This document shows positions 36,865 to 46,900 of a DNA stretch of 64,000 bases, piece by piece. The stretch comes from Thermodesulfobacteriota bacterium (GTDB taxonomy: Bacteria > Desulfobacterota > WTBG01 > CAIYCZ01 > CAIRTM01). Numbering within the stretch: the first letter of the stretch is position 1; every line of letters starts with the position of its first letter. The stretch is from contig JANQFE010000045.1 of NCBI GenBank assembly GCA_028278025.1, forward strand, positions 658-64,657, given 5' to 3'. The notes below the pieces were generated by a model. It saw only the letters and a list, made by a program, of their open reading frames with translations. It was not told the origin of the DNA and did not search any database. The position numbers were made by a program, and so were the translations under genes.

Positions 36865-37812
36865 ATGATGAAAAAGTTACTTTGTCGCTATCTTTCTATA
36901 GGCCTGTTTTTATTGCTATGCGTTGATAACACACCGGCATATTGTCAAACAAGCGCACTCCCTATCATTAAATCACGTCATCTTTTTACTATTGACGCCG
37001 GCTTGCTGCATCCCAGTGATGTGGCCGTAGGCCCCCAGGGCAGGATATATGTTGTTGACGGTGTTCATCATCAAATTAAAATCTATAATCGGGACGGTAC
37101 CTTTATCTCTTCCTTCGGCTCCCAGGGTTCAGCCGGTGGCTCGTTCCATTACCCGTTAGGCTTGGATGTCAGCAGAGAAGGAAGCGTGTATGTAGCTGAT
37201 GCGGGCAATCATCGTGTTCAGATTTTTGATGCTTCCGGTCTGTTCCTGCAGCAGTTTTCCCTCCCGCCCCCCAAGAATGCAAAAATGTCTGATCCCAGCG
37301 ATGTTGCTGTTGATGACACTACCGGACGCTGCTATGTTGTTGACAATGATAATCATAGAATCCTGGTCTATACCAAGGATGGTTCCCGTCTTATAAAAAT
37401 ATGGGGTGAAAGCGGCGAGAAACTGGGGCAATTTCAGTATCCGTTCCTGGTATCTATGGACAGGCATGCACACCTTTATGTCGTGGATGTGCTTAATACG
37501 CGCGTACAGGCGTTTAATCCCGAAGGTCGTGTTATGGCCTATATCGGCAAATGGGGTGTTGACAGAGGACAGTTTTACCGGCCCAAAGGGGTTACCGTTG
37601 ACCACAAAGACCGCATCTTTATCAGCGACAGCTATCTGGGGGTCATACAGATTTTTAAACGGTTTCGTAAATTTATCGGCATCCTCGGTGATCAGGCCGG
37701 TGAAATGCTGCGGTTTAAAACCCCTACGGGCATATATATCGATACTACGCTGAGGCTCTATGTTGTAGAAATGGCCCAAAACCGGGTCTCAGTCTATCAA
37801 ATTCTGGAATAG
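36865..37812 (+). CDS. NHL-repeat beta-propeller protein
   Basis: Repeated P.DVAV...IYV.D..N.R.Q.F units; signal peptide. Confidence 0.9.
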   Translation: MMKKLLCRYLSIGLFLLLCVDNTPAYCQTSALPIIKSRHLFTIDAGLLHPSDVAVGPQGRIYVVDGVHHQIKIYNRDGTFISSFGSQGSAGGSFHYPLGLDVSREGSVYVADAGNHRVQIFDASGLFLQQFSLPPPKNAKMSDPSDVAVDDTTGRCYVVDNDNHRILVYTKDGSRLIKIWGESGEKLGQFQYPFLVSMDRHAHLYVVDVLNTRVQAFNPEGRVMAYIGKWGVDRGQFYRPKGVTVDHKDRIFISDSYLGVIQIFKRFRKFIGILGDQAGEMLRFKTPTGIYIDTTLRLYVVEMAQNRVSVYQILE

Positions 37813-37845
37813 TTTGTGAATCAAGCAGTTTGTGAAGCGATTACT

Positions 37846-39891
37846 ATGCAGAAATATGTTATTAAAACAATACTATCTATTTGGTATGCCGCCGCGATGC
37901 TGGCCGGCTCCTCGGCAGCTGCCCAGATGTTTCATGCCGATAAGCCTGACACGGCCAAACGATGTGCTGTTTGCCACTACCAATGGGTATATCCCTTTTA
38001 TGCTGAGCAGCGTGACGGAGAGTTGGCACCGCGCCCACAGGCGAAGGCTGTTGCAAGCCCTGAGATGTGCCTGTCATGTCACGATGGCTCTGTTGCAGAT
38101 TCACGCAAACGGGTTTTTCACAGTCCCGGACATCATACCGGCATTGTGCCGTCGGACAAGGTTTCCATTCCTGAAGAATTTCCTCTTGACGAATCAGGGC
38201 AGATACAATGTGCCACGTGCCATTCCCCGCATGCCCTTCCCAGCGAGACTGATACCGGCTTTGGCCTTTTCTTACGGGCAGAAAACAAAAACTCTCAGTT
38301 CTGCAAGACCTGTCACACGAATAATGAGGGCGGCCCCGCGCAGGGTAATCATGCAATTGACATAAGTGCTACTGCAAAAACTTCGGATATCATTAAGAAC
38401 GGCGGTCGCTTCGGTACGGACCGCGAAAAACAAATTATCTGCGAAACCTGTCACAGTGCTCACGGCGGCTTATCTGAAAAACTGTTAATACTTCCTGTTG
38501 CTGAAAACTCCCGGAGGTCTGCCCTGTGTGAAGCATGTCATTCACAAAATCCGGGCACGGCAAACGGTCAACCCGATCCCGGCGGCAGCCACCCGGTAGG
38601 CACCCTGCCGCAAAAAACAAAAATTCCCTCTCAGTGGTCCAGCGGGGCAAAAATCGTTCTGAACCCTTCCGGTGCCCTACTGTGCAGGACCTGCCACACC
38701 CCTCACGGCGCAGCAGGGCAAAAAGCACTGCTTGTCGACCACAATCATCAGGACTCCCTCTGCATGCAGTGCCATAAAAGTCAAAAAACAATTGTAGGTT
38801 CCAGCCATGATATGAAAATTACGGCGCCGGATGAAAAAAATATCCGTGGACACCGCGCTGCTGAAACAGGCCCATGCAGTTCATGTCATCTTGCACATAA
38901 AAGCAACACCCTCTTGCTATGGGCACGACAACTTCATCCGACATCTCAGAGCACCGTCCTGGAGGAGTTGTGTATCAGCTGTCATGCGCCGGGGCAATGC
39001 GGGGGAAAAGCACTACCGGGTGAGGCATCTCACCCTGTTAATGTACTATTTGAGCCCGACACCCCCCTGCCGTCGTTACCTTTATTTGATACAGATAACA
39101 GGCCAGCACCGCAAGGCACCCTAAGCTGCCTGACCTGTCACCGGGCACATGATCCCGCCCCGCTGTATATGCACGACCCGACCGCACCCGTTAAGCGGGG
39201 GGCATTTCTTAGACTAGCCCGGGCAGGAGTAACAAACCTGTGCATCAGCTGTCATAAACAGCAAGCGTCGATTATCGGCACCGACCATGATTTAACCCTT
39301 TCCGCCCCTGATTTCATCAATGTGTTCGGGCAGAAAGTCGAACAGAAAAATATATGCAGTTCCTGTCACGTTGCTCATAATGCATCACTGGAGAAATACT
39401 TATGGGCCGGGCCGCTGGGCAAAGTCTCCGCTAAAGAAGAGGAAGGCGAGCCAAAAGCTGAAGCAAACAGTATGGAAAGGACGTGCACCGGATGCCATTC
39501 CGGGGGCAATGCTGCGGCAGCTCAGATTCCACGATACGGACAACACCCCCCAGGGGTACAAATCCAGGAGGACTTGTTGAAAGTCGCCCTGGATTCCTCT
39601 GATACCCCGCTCCCGGTTTTTAATGACCAAAACGAAGCACCATCACATACAGGACCTATTATCGTATGCTCAACATGTCACAATCCGCACCAGTGGGACC
39701 CTAAAAAAAACATGCCGGGACCGGGTATCCCAATAGAAGGTGATGCAACCAACAGTTTTTTGCGGCCGGGACTGCCTGTTATGTTTTGTGCAGGCTGCCA
39801 TGGGCAAGAGGCCCTCTTCAAATTCAAATACTTTCACAGTCATATCGGCCGCAAACAAAACAACAATTCTTTCTCTTTTAAAAAGCACTGA
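37846..39891 (+). CDS. 16-heme cytochrome c (doubled-CxxCH type)
   Basis: 16 CxxCH by manual count, SHP motifs, signal peptide from ATG 37846. Confidence 0.9.
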   Translation: MQKYVIKTILSIWYAAAMLAGSSAAAQMFHADKPDTAKRCAVCHYQWVYPFYAEQRDGELAPRPQAKAVASPEMCLSCHDGSVADSRKRVFHSPGHHTGIVPSDKVSIPEEFPLDESGQIQCATCHSPHALPSETDTGFGLFLRAENKNSQFCKTCHTNNEGGPAQGNHAIDISATAKTSDIIKNGGRFGTDREKQIICETCHSAHGGLSEKLLILPVAENSRRSALCEACHSQNPGTANGQPDPGGSHPVGTLPQKTKIPSQWSSGAKIVLNPSGALLCRTCHTPHGAAGQKALLVDHNHQDSLCMQCHKSQKTIVGSSHDMKITAPDEKNIRGHRAAETGPCSSCHLAHKSNTLLLWARQLHPTSQSTVLEELCISCHAPGQCGGKALPGEASHPVNVLFEPDTPLPSLPLFDTDNRPAPQGTLSCLTCHRAHDPAPLYMHDPTAPVKRGAFLRLARAGVTNLCISCHKQQASIIGTDHDLTLSAPDFINVFGQKVEQKNICSSCHVAHNASLEKYLWAGPLGKVSAKEEEGEPKAEANSMERTCTGCHSGGNAAAAQIPRYGQHPPGVQIQEDLLKVALDSSDTPLPVFNDQNEAPSHTGPIIVCSTCHNPHQWDPKKNMPGPGIPIEGDATNSFLRPGLPVMFCAGCHGQEALFKFKYFHSHIGRKQNNNSFSFKKH

Positions 39892-41417
39892 TGTTAAACC
39901 GCAATAATATACATTATTATCTTTATCTAAATCTACTTGGCCTCCTGATAGGCCTCGGCAATGCTGTAGCTGAAACTGAGGAGCCCGTAAACCCTCACTG
40001 GACTGATAAGCACTGCACGGAATGTCATGTCAAAGCAGAAAAGCCGGATTTACTCTTTGAAGGCGACAGTGTACAAATGTGCAATCGCTGCCATGCCGAA
40101 TCTTTTGCCCGCACAGATATTCATCCGGTTGGGGTAAAACCGACTGCAGATATGCAAAAAATCATGCCGGACACCTGGCCGCTGGAAAACGGAGCAATTA
40201 CTTGTATTACCTGCCACGACGTCCTGGTTCAGATGAAAGAAAATGCTGCTCAAAGACTGCTGAATCCCTCGTTCCTGCGGGGTGCCCCGTATGAACAGAT
40301 ATCGTCCTTTTGCTTCTCGTGTCATCAGCAGAATCAGTTTGCAAAAACCAACCCCCACGAGCAGCTGGACGCACAGGGTACCATCATTGCAGGACGCTGC
40401 CTTTTCTGTCACCAGTCGCTGCCGAATCCACAGCAGGCTCAAAGCATCAATGACGTTACGTTTAATAATGGCCGGACTGACATGTGTGTCAATTGTCACA
40501 GCGATAAACAAACTGCCCATCCCGCGCGCGCAGACCATCTGGTGGAACTGTCTGCAGACCGGCTCACGTCTTTGCAGTTTGAGGGCGGCAAGCAAGGCAT
40601 CGAACTGCCGATCTTTCGCGGAAGCGTTGTGTGCGGCACCTGCCACAACCCGCACCAAAAAGGTGTCATGCACCGGCAGGAGATTGGTCACGGCGCCGGC
40701 ACAGAAAATTTTCTTCGTCTTAACGGTGGATATGCATTGTGTGTTTTCTGTCATACGGACATGCGTATAACTGCAAAGCGATCTTTCAGCCGACCGAGTC
40801 GTAATGCGCTGAAAACTGCTCCCGAGGTTATGAGGAATCACAAACCCTGGGCAGAAAACAAATGCAAAATGTGCCACACCATCACACCTAAAAACCGAAC
40901 AAAACCTGCTGCGGTGTTGCTGTGCTTCAAGCAGGGCTGCCATCAAACCGACATGCTTGAAAAAGAATTCGTGCATGCAAAAAGTGTCGGCGAAAACTGC
41001 TATTTTTGCCATGAGTCGCACAACGCCGGCTACAAGAAATTGCTGCGGATAAATGAAAAGCGCCTGTGCTACACCTGCCATCCGTTGATACAAAACGAAA
41101 ACATGAGTGAGTCTGTACAACCGGCGTCAAAATGGCATGATGAGTACTTAGCCTATATACAGACTACCGACATACCGCAGGAGCGGGCCTGTGAATTTTG
41201 CCACAGCAGCAGTCACCAAAAAGAAATAAGCACCATCAAAACCGGCTCGTGTGCTGATTGTCATATTTATGTACGGCAACGCTTAGCTGAAGCGGCTATA
41301 CAGCCGATAAACAGTCACCAGCAGTTTGAAAAACAATCATGCTCTGCATGTCATGACCCGCATGCAGCAGCATATCCGTTTCAACTAAAAAATCCTGTGG
41401 AGACCTATACGCAATGA
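39891..41417 (+). CDS. ~15-heme cytochrome c
   Basis: 14 CxxCH plus CFKQGCH; signal peptide. Confidence 0.9.
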   Translation: MLNRNNIHYYLYLNLLGLLIGLGNAVAETEEPVNPHWTDKHCTECHVKAEKPDLLFEGDSVQMCNRCHAESFARTDIHPVGVKPTADMQKIMPDTWPLENGAITCITCHDVLVQMKENAAQRLLNPSFLRGAPYEQISSFCFSCHQQNQFAKTNPHEQLDAQGTIIAGRCLFCHQSLPNPQQAQSINDVTFNNGRTDMCVNCHSDKQTAHPARADHLVELSADRLTSLQFEGGKQGIELPIFRGSVVCGTCHNPHQKGVMHRQEIGHGAGTENFLRLNGGYALCVFCHTDMRITAKRSFSRPSRNALKTAPEVMRNHKPWAENKCKMCHTITPKNRTKPAAVLLCFKQGCHQTDMLEKEFVHAKSVGENCYFCHESHNAGYKKLLRINEKRLCYTCHPLIQNENMSESVQPASKWHDEYLAYIQTTDIPQERACEFCHSSSHQKEISTIKTGSCADCHIYVRQRLAEAAIQPINSHQQFEKQSCSACHDPHAAAYPFQLKNPVETYTQ

Positions 41418-42352
41418 ACCGTAAGAACCTCTTCAAAGTTTTCAGGGGCGCTGCCCGTATTGTTGCCGTATGTGCTTTAGTCTTACTTCCGGCAGGTTGC
41501 AAAAATGCCCCTGTGCTTCAAAGCACATCCCCAGTGGTGCAGCTCCTTGAGGGCGCGTTCTACACGGGTACAGATTCATGTATCCCCTGCCACGATGATG
41601 TGTACGGTCAATATAAACAAACTATACATTACAGGCTGGCACCTCATGAATTAACAGATGCAACAAGAGGTTGTGAAACATGCCATGGGCCGGGAAGTCT
41701 TCATGTGCAGGCCAAGGGGGGCCTTGATAACATCATCAGCTTTTCAGAGCTTTCAGCCGAAGAGAGTTCAGAAATCTGTCTCTCCTGTCACCGTGGAGAA
41801 CCGATAAGGGACTGGCGTGCCAGTGTGCACATCCTCAACGGCGTCGGCTGTAATGCCTGTCACAAGTCTCATAAAATTACCGCTCCCAAGATGGTGCATC
41901 TGGGAGACCCCGATATCTGCTTTACCTGTCACCAGGGCAAAAAAGCCCAGCATATGCTTCCTTCGCACCATCCGATTAAGGAAAAAAAGATGAAGTGCAG
42001 TGACTGTCATAACAACCATGGTTCCGAGAACAACAACCTGAACAAGCCGACACTGAATGATGTCTGTTTTGAATGCCATGCTGAATACCAGGGCCCGTTT
42101 GTGTATGAGCACAAACCGGTCTTTGAAGACTGTTCCATATGCCATGACCCCCATGGAACAATTGCAAACAACCTGCTGAAACAGAGCCAGCCCTTTCTCT
42201 GTCTGCGTTGTCACCGGGGGCATAAACGCAATCCAAAAATCGGCCCTCATCCAAGTGTTGCGGCTTTTCTGACATCCTGCACCCAGTGTCATGCACAGGT
42301 CCATGGCAGTGATATGCCGTCGCAACTCAATGGAACCGGACTAACCAGGTAG
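41414..42352 (+). CDS. Decaheme cytochrome c lipoprotein, DmsE/MtrA-like
   Basis: 10 CxxCH, GCETCHGPGS.H, SHHPI and GPFVYEH.PV motifs; lipobox LPAGC; upstream of the porin gene. Confidence 0.9.
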   Translation: MNRKNLFKVFRGAARIVAVCALVLLPAGCKNAPVLQSTSPVVQLLEGAFYTGTDSCIPCHDDVYGQYKQTIHYRLAPHELTDATRGCETCHGPGSLHVQAKGGLDNIISFSELSAEESSEICLSCHRGEPIRDWRASVHILNGVGCNACHKSHKITAPKMVHLGDPDICFTCHQGKKAQHMLPSHHPIKEKKMKCSDCHNNHGSENNNLNKPTLNDVCFECHAEYQGPFVYEHKPVFEDCSICHDPHGTIANNLLKQSQPFLCLRCHRGHKRNPKIGPHPSVAAFLTSCTQCHAQVHGSDMPSQLNGTGLTR

Positions 42353-42362
42353 GACGAGATAA

Positions 42363-44204
42363 ATGAGCACGTATAGTCATAAAATCAAAGCTTTCCTTTT
42401 TGCAATTCTGTTTTTTCTTATGCCCCTGACGTCAAGAGCTCAGGAGCAAACTGAACAGCAACCCGATGTGAGCTATACTGCGGAGGCATCAATCGGATAC
42501 CGCCACTATAATGTTAAAGGCTACCGGGGTAAAGTCGGCGAGTATGACACCCTTGACAGCGGGGCCGAAGCCGGCTTTAATCTACAGGGACGTGCCGGTA
42601 GTAAGTATTTCGATTTTACTGGTGAAATATTCGACAAACGCGACCAGTCGTATATGCTTAATGTCGATGTGGACCGCATCACCCAATTTGAGTTCTCCTA
42701 CCGCCGCTTCCGTCACTTTCTGGACAACGATCCGCTCACCAATCAGGACTTTTACACAAACTTTGACGCCGACATGGACAACGGTATAACTCTGGAAGAG
42801 ATAAAGGCATACAACACTGTGCGTATTCCGGCAGTGCCCTTTCTAAAGTTTACCGCTGACTATCGCCGCTACAGCAAACGCGGCCATCGACAGGCAACTA
42901 CGGTAGCGAAATGCTCGCAGTGCCATGTGAGCTCCCGCAATAAAAGAATTAATGCACACACCGATGATGTCACCCTGGGCCTTGAAGGACGTTTTGGACC
43001 TGCAACTATCAGCTATCAGCACCTGTGGCGAAGCTTTAAAGAGGATGGGGCCGCACCCCTAACCAACTATGGCAACGGGGCTCCTTCCTTCAGGGTACGG
43101 GGCCGGGCCCTCTACAGCCGTGTTCCCGACAGTAAAACCCGCATACATAAAATTAATGTTAATTCAAAGCTCCCCTTTGCTTCTGCACTCTTTGCAAGCT
43201 ACCAGTGGGGTGAACGATCAAACAGAGACACCCGCAATGAAATAGATTTTAACAACTTTGCGGCACGCCTTTCAAAAATAATTTCCAGGTATTTTTCTGC
43301 CGATGTATTCTACAGCAGTTACCATATGGACAACAACGCCCCCGACGCGATGGATCGTGATATTGAACGCGGAGGATTTAATATTAAGGCCCGGCCGCTG
43401 AAGCGCACGGGACTTAAGTTCACGTATCAGTGGGAAATGGTTGACAGAAATAATTATACAGAAACATCAACCTATAAAAAGATTTACCGCGTCAGCCTGA
43501 ACCGGAGAGTCTCGCGCAGTTTTCGCCTTCACCTCAGATATCAGAAAACAAAGATTGATGACCCTTTTATTCTTAAGGATAAAACTTTTCGGCGCCTTGT
43601 CCAGACTGCGCTTCCCCGCAATGAAGATGAAATATATGTTGCTGCGAGCTGGAGCCCGCGCCCGAATTTTTCCCTTAATACAAATCTGCTCTATATCAAC
43701 AGCCAACACAGCCACTATGATGTTGATGAAGACCGTTACGAATTCGTCATCAGTCTCTGGTATATGCCGTTTGAACGTATGACCCTTACCGGAACATTCA
43801 CACTCATTGATGCGAAAGTCGATACTCCCGCAACATTCAAGACCTACCATGCACATGGCCTTGATAGTCTTTTTCTGTTTGATGAGGTACCCTATGATGA
43901 TCGCAGCCGGTCATATTACATGGCAGTCAGCTATCAGCTCAATCCGCGTCTTTCTCTCACAGGGGATATAGCCTATACCGCGAGCAATGCTGATTTTGAT
44001 GTTCGGCTTGATTCTCAGAATGTCGGTGATCTATCTGATCTTGATATTGATCAGCTGGAGACATCTCTGGGCATTATCTATCTCTACAACAAGCGTCTGG
44101 TCTTCTATGCAAAGTATATGTATCGCGAATATGACGACCGGGAAGTCTCCGATTTTGATGGGCAATTCAGCCTGATCAGCTTTGGGATGAGCTGGTCTTT
44201 TTAA
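42363..44204 (+). CDS. Outer-membrane beta-barrel (MtrB/PioB-like) containing one CxxCH
   Basis: Signal peptide, amphipathic strands, C-terminal WSF, KCSQCHV motif, follows the decaheme gene. Confidence 0.85.
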   Translation: MSTYSHKIKAFLFAILFFLMPLTSRAQEQTEQQPDVSYTAEASIGYRHYNVKGYRGKVGEYDTLDSGAEAGFNLQGRAGSKYFDFTGEIFDKRDQSYMLNVDVDRITQFEFSYRRFRHFLDNDPLTNQDFYTNFDADMDNGITLEEIKAYNTVRIPAVPFLKFTADYRRYSKRGHRQATTVAKCSQCHVSSRNKRINAHTDDVTLGLEGRFGPATISYQHLWRSFKEDGAAPLTNYGNGAPSFRVRGRALYSRVPDSKTRIHKINVNSKLPFASALFASYQWGERSNRDTRNEIDFNNFAARLSKIISRYFSADVFYSSYHMDNNAPDAMDRDIERGGFNIKARPLKRTGLKFTYQWEMVDRNNYTETSTYKKIYRVSLNRRVSRSFRLHLRYQKTKIDDPFILKDKTFRRLVQTALPRNEDEIYVAASWSPRPNFSLNTNLLYINSQHSHYDVDEDRYEFVISLWYMPFERMTLTGTFTLIDAKVDTPATFKTYHAHGLDSLFLFDEVPYDDRSRSYYMAVSYQLNPRLSLTGDIAYTASNADFDVRLDSQNVGDLSDLDIDQLETSLGIIYLYNKRLVFYAKYMYREYDDREVSDFDGQFSLISFGMSWSF

Positions 44205-44274
44205 AGCAGACACCGTTAGAAGGGCAACCGGCCTAAACAGTTTTCTTATAACGTTTTTTACAGGGGGTAGCACA

Positions 44275-44859
44275 ATGACAAAAAAAATTTTTATGCTTTT
44301 AATTGTCTGGATCATGTGCCCGTCTTTACACGCAGGCGCGCTGCTCGTCGACCTTTCTGAGGAACAGATCAAATCGGCCCTAAGCTTTCATGAAAAACAA
44401 AAAGTAAACCCTGAAATGCTGCTCGCTAAAACCTATACAACAGGCAGTACGGATATGTTTGCCGACCATGTCATTGTCCGTACAAAATGGTATAAACTTG
44501 CCCATATCGCCAACATAAAAGCATCCCAGGGGCTGGAATTCCCCGTAAAAGAGCAGGCCCATATCCTTGATGATCCGTCACTTCAAATTGATATAATCGT
44601 GTATGGTTACACAATAGATTTTGCCGGCAATTATACCGTCATGATGACTCAGGGCAGCTGCATGATAGCGCCTGAAAAACTGCACGCCGACCATTTCGAC
44701 TATAAAAAAAAGTCCTTAAAGGGCTTCCCCACCTATCGGGCTACTATCCGGGCCTATTTCAGTTACAGCCGGTTTGATCCCACGGGAAAAGCAACCCTGG
44801 TGCTGAAAAAGGATGGTGCCGAAAAAAAATTTACAATTGATTTTAGTCAGTTTAATTGA
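44275..44859 (+). CDS. Exported hypothetical protein (paralog of 60729..61340)
   Basis: Signal peptide; shared RTKW.KLA, LQID...YG.TIDFA and GFP.YRAT motifs. Confidence 0.8.
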   Translation: MTKKIFMLLIVWIMCPSLHAGALLVDLSEEQIKSALSFHEKQKVNPEMLLAKTYTTGSTDMFADHVIVRTKWYKLAHIANIKASQGLEFPVKEQAHILDDPSLQIDIIVYGYTIDFAGNYTVMMTQGSCMIAPEKLHADHFDYKKKSLKGFPTYRATIRAYFSYSRFDPTGKATLVLKKDGAEKKFTIDFSQFN

Positions 44860-45028
44860 ACTACCACCCCGCTCCAGCGGGGTGGATTGGTTCCCGACTA
44901 AAGCCGGCTAAAGTAAAAACAACATACCTTTGAAATTCTCACGAGGGGTATCTTTTTTCATAGCACCTTCGGTGCTTACTCAAGTCTTCGCCTACAGGCG
45001 AGGGTTTTGCTCCCCGAGTGCGACAATA
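44859..45028. mobile_element. Non-autonomous IS200/IS605-like remnant (ends only)
   Basis: Subterminal hairpins CCACCCCGCTCCAGCGGGGTGG and TCGCCTACAGGCGA with no transposase between them. Confidence 0.55.
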
Positions 45029-45093
45029 GTTCCCGGCGATAGTGCATTTTCCTGACGGCACAGGCCCTCGCGACGGTTCTGCCGCCCATTGCC

Positions 45094-45247
45094 TTAACAA
45101 CATATGTTAACAATGTTAACGATTATGGTTAACATGTTAACCAAACCTTAACTTCCCCCAAAATGCCGCTCCTATTGGGTAAAAATATAAAGCTATTATA
45201 ATGGCTTATATTTTTATTCAACGCTTCATTCTGGCACAAAAAATGTA
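45094..45247 (+). promoter_or_regulatory. TTAAC repeat array plus possible sigma54 promoter upstream of the Sec-cytochrome gene
   Basis: Six TTAAC in 45094-45152; TGGCACAAAAAATGTA at 45232. Confidence 0.45.
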
Positions 45248-45304
45248 ATATAATACCAGTGTAAACACCTATATCATTAATGCCGTAATAAACAGGTAGT
45301 AAAC

Positions 45305-46699
45305 ATGTACTATACACAGCCGATTCATATTTACTCCCGGGGGCATCGTGTGCTGTTCATAGCACTGATACTGCTGTTGGCAAGCTGCGATGAATACGGT
45401 CTGTTGCAAAATGCGACAGAAGGTACCGATCAATGTGTTTCCTGCCACACGGATAAGGATTTGTTAAAAGAAATTGCCGACCCCATAGAGCACAGTGAAG
45501 GCAGCGGTGAAGGCTGAGGCGGCTCTGTGACTCCGTTGGAGCCATGGAAAAGAGTCTTTGTGAGTGAAGAGTATCTGGAAACAGCCCACGGAAAGATGAG
45601 CTGCACCTGGTGTCATAACGGCAATCCGCAAAGCCCTGACAAGGAAGAGGGGCATAAAGGAATAATTGCATATCCCAGTGAAGACGCAGATTTTTACTGC
45701 GGCCCCTGTCATGCAGAGGAAGTAAAAAATAATAAAATCAGTATCCACACAACCCAGGAAGGCTATTTTGAGCGTTTCAGAATACGTGCCGGTTATGACT
45801 GGCGCGATCCGGGGCGTGAGCATGAGCTGGAAGAGTTTAAAGCTGAATGCGGGGTCTGTCATGCCACCTGCGGGCAATGCCACATAAGCAGGCCCAGAAC
45901 AGTCGGCGGCGGTTTTAACTGGGCCCATGAATTCAAAAAAACTCCTGATCTGCAGACCAACTGCACTGCCTGCCACGGCTCTCGCATAGGAGAGGAATAC
46001 ACCGGGGCTCATGAAGGGTTTAAAGCTGACGTGCACTATATCCCTCATGTCAAGAATTGCGAGTATTGTCATCCCGCCCATCAAATGCATGGCGGTGACG
46101 GTAAAAAGCTGACCTATCGTTATGATGAGCATAATACCGCGGCAATTCGCTGCGAAGACTGTCATGACGATACGATCGAAAGCAACCAGTATCACCTCAT
46201 GCACTGGGCCGGCGAGGCCGGTGTGGTACATTCCTGTGAGGTGTGCCACTCACAGCCCTATAAAAACTGTAACGGCTGCCATGCCGGTGGTGGTATTACC
46301 GGGTCATCCTACCTCTCGTTTGAAATCGGCCGCAACTATCTTAAAGATAATAGACGTTATAAAGACTATGATTATATTACCGTACGCCATATTCCCATAG
46401 CACCCAATACTTATGAAGAGTGGGGCATTGAGGATTTGAAATATTTTGAATTTTCAGAACCCACCTGGAAGTTTACCAGGCCGCATAACACCCTGCTGTG
46501 GACCCCCCAGACTGAGGTTGCAGAGGGACAATCATGCAATGCCAACTGCCATGACAGTGCCTACTTGCTGCGTCCGGAGGATATTGAATATTATGAAGAT
46601 GCCAACTACAAGGAAGAAAACGGTGAGTTCGGCTATGGCTTTGATGACCTTGAACGGGAACGTCTGGCAAATAAAGATGTGATTATTCCATATAAATGA
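45305..46699 (+). CDS. Probable selenocysteine-containing multiheme cytochrome c lipoprotein (464 aa, Sec71)
   Basis: ORFs 45305..45517 and 45527..46699 share a frame and are joined by TGA GGC GGC TCT. The lipobox LLASC and first CxxCH are upstream of the TGA. 10 CxxCH plus CX3CH in total; a SECIS-like hairpin follows the TGA. Confidence 0.8.
45518..45548 (+). promoter_or_regulatory. Bacterial SECIS-like stem-loop
   Basis: CTGTG(A)CTCC-GTT-GGAG(C)CATGG hairpin; the apical loop starts with GU, 18 nt after the UGA. Confidence 0.7.
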
Positions 46700-46900
46700 T
46701 TGCTGTGGAAAGGAGGTGAACCGTATTAGAGTAACATTTCTGTTCAGGAGACTGCACCAGTTATACTGCAGCCCCCTGAACACTGCTCTGTTTTCTGTTG
46801 TTTTGGGTCGATAATCCCAAAATGACTCAGCATGTTTGCTATACGTACTCTTTAAGACAGAAACCTGAAAAATACTTATTTTGTTGGAGGATGAAACATC

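Noticed and set aside
39889-39893. TGATG junctions between cytochrome genes (also at 50923) as read-through sites
   Set aside because: The downstream gene is in a different frame and has its own start. This is ordinary translational coupling.
40050-41120. Long antisense ORFs over cytochrome genes (also 45464..46249, 47093..47869, 52267..53064, 8986..9666)
   Set aside because: Shadow frames of well-supported genes, with no recognisable motifs.
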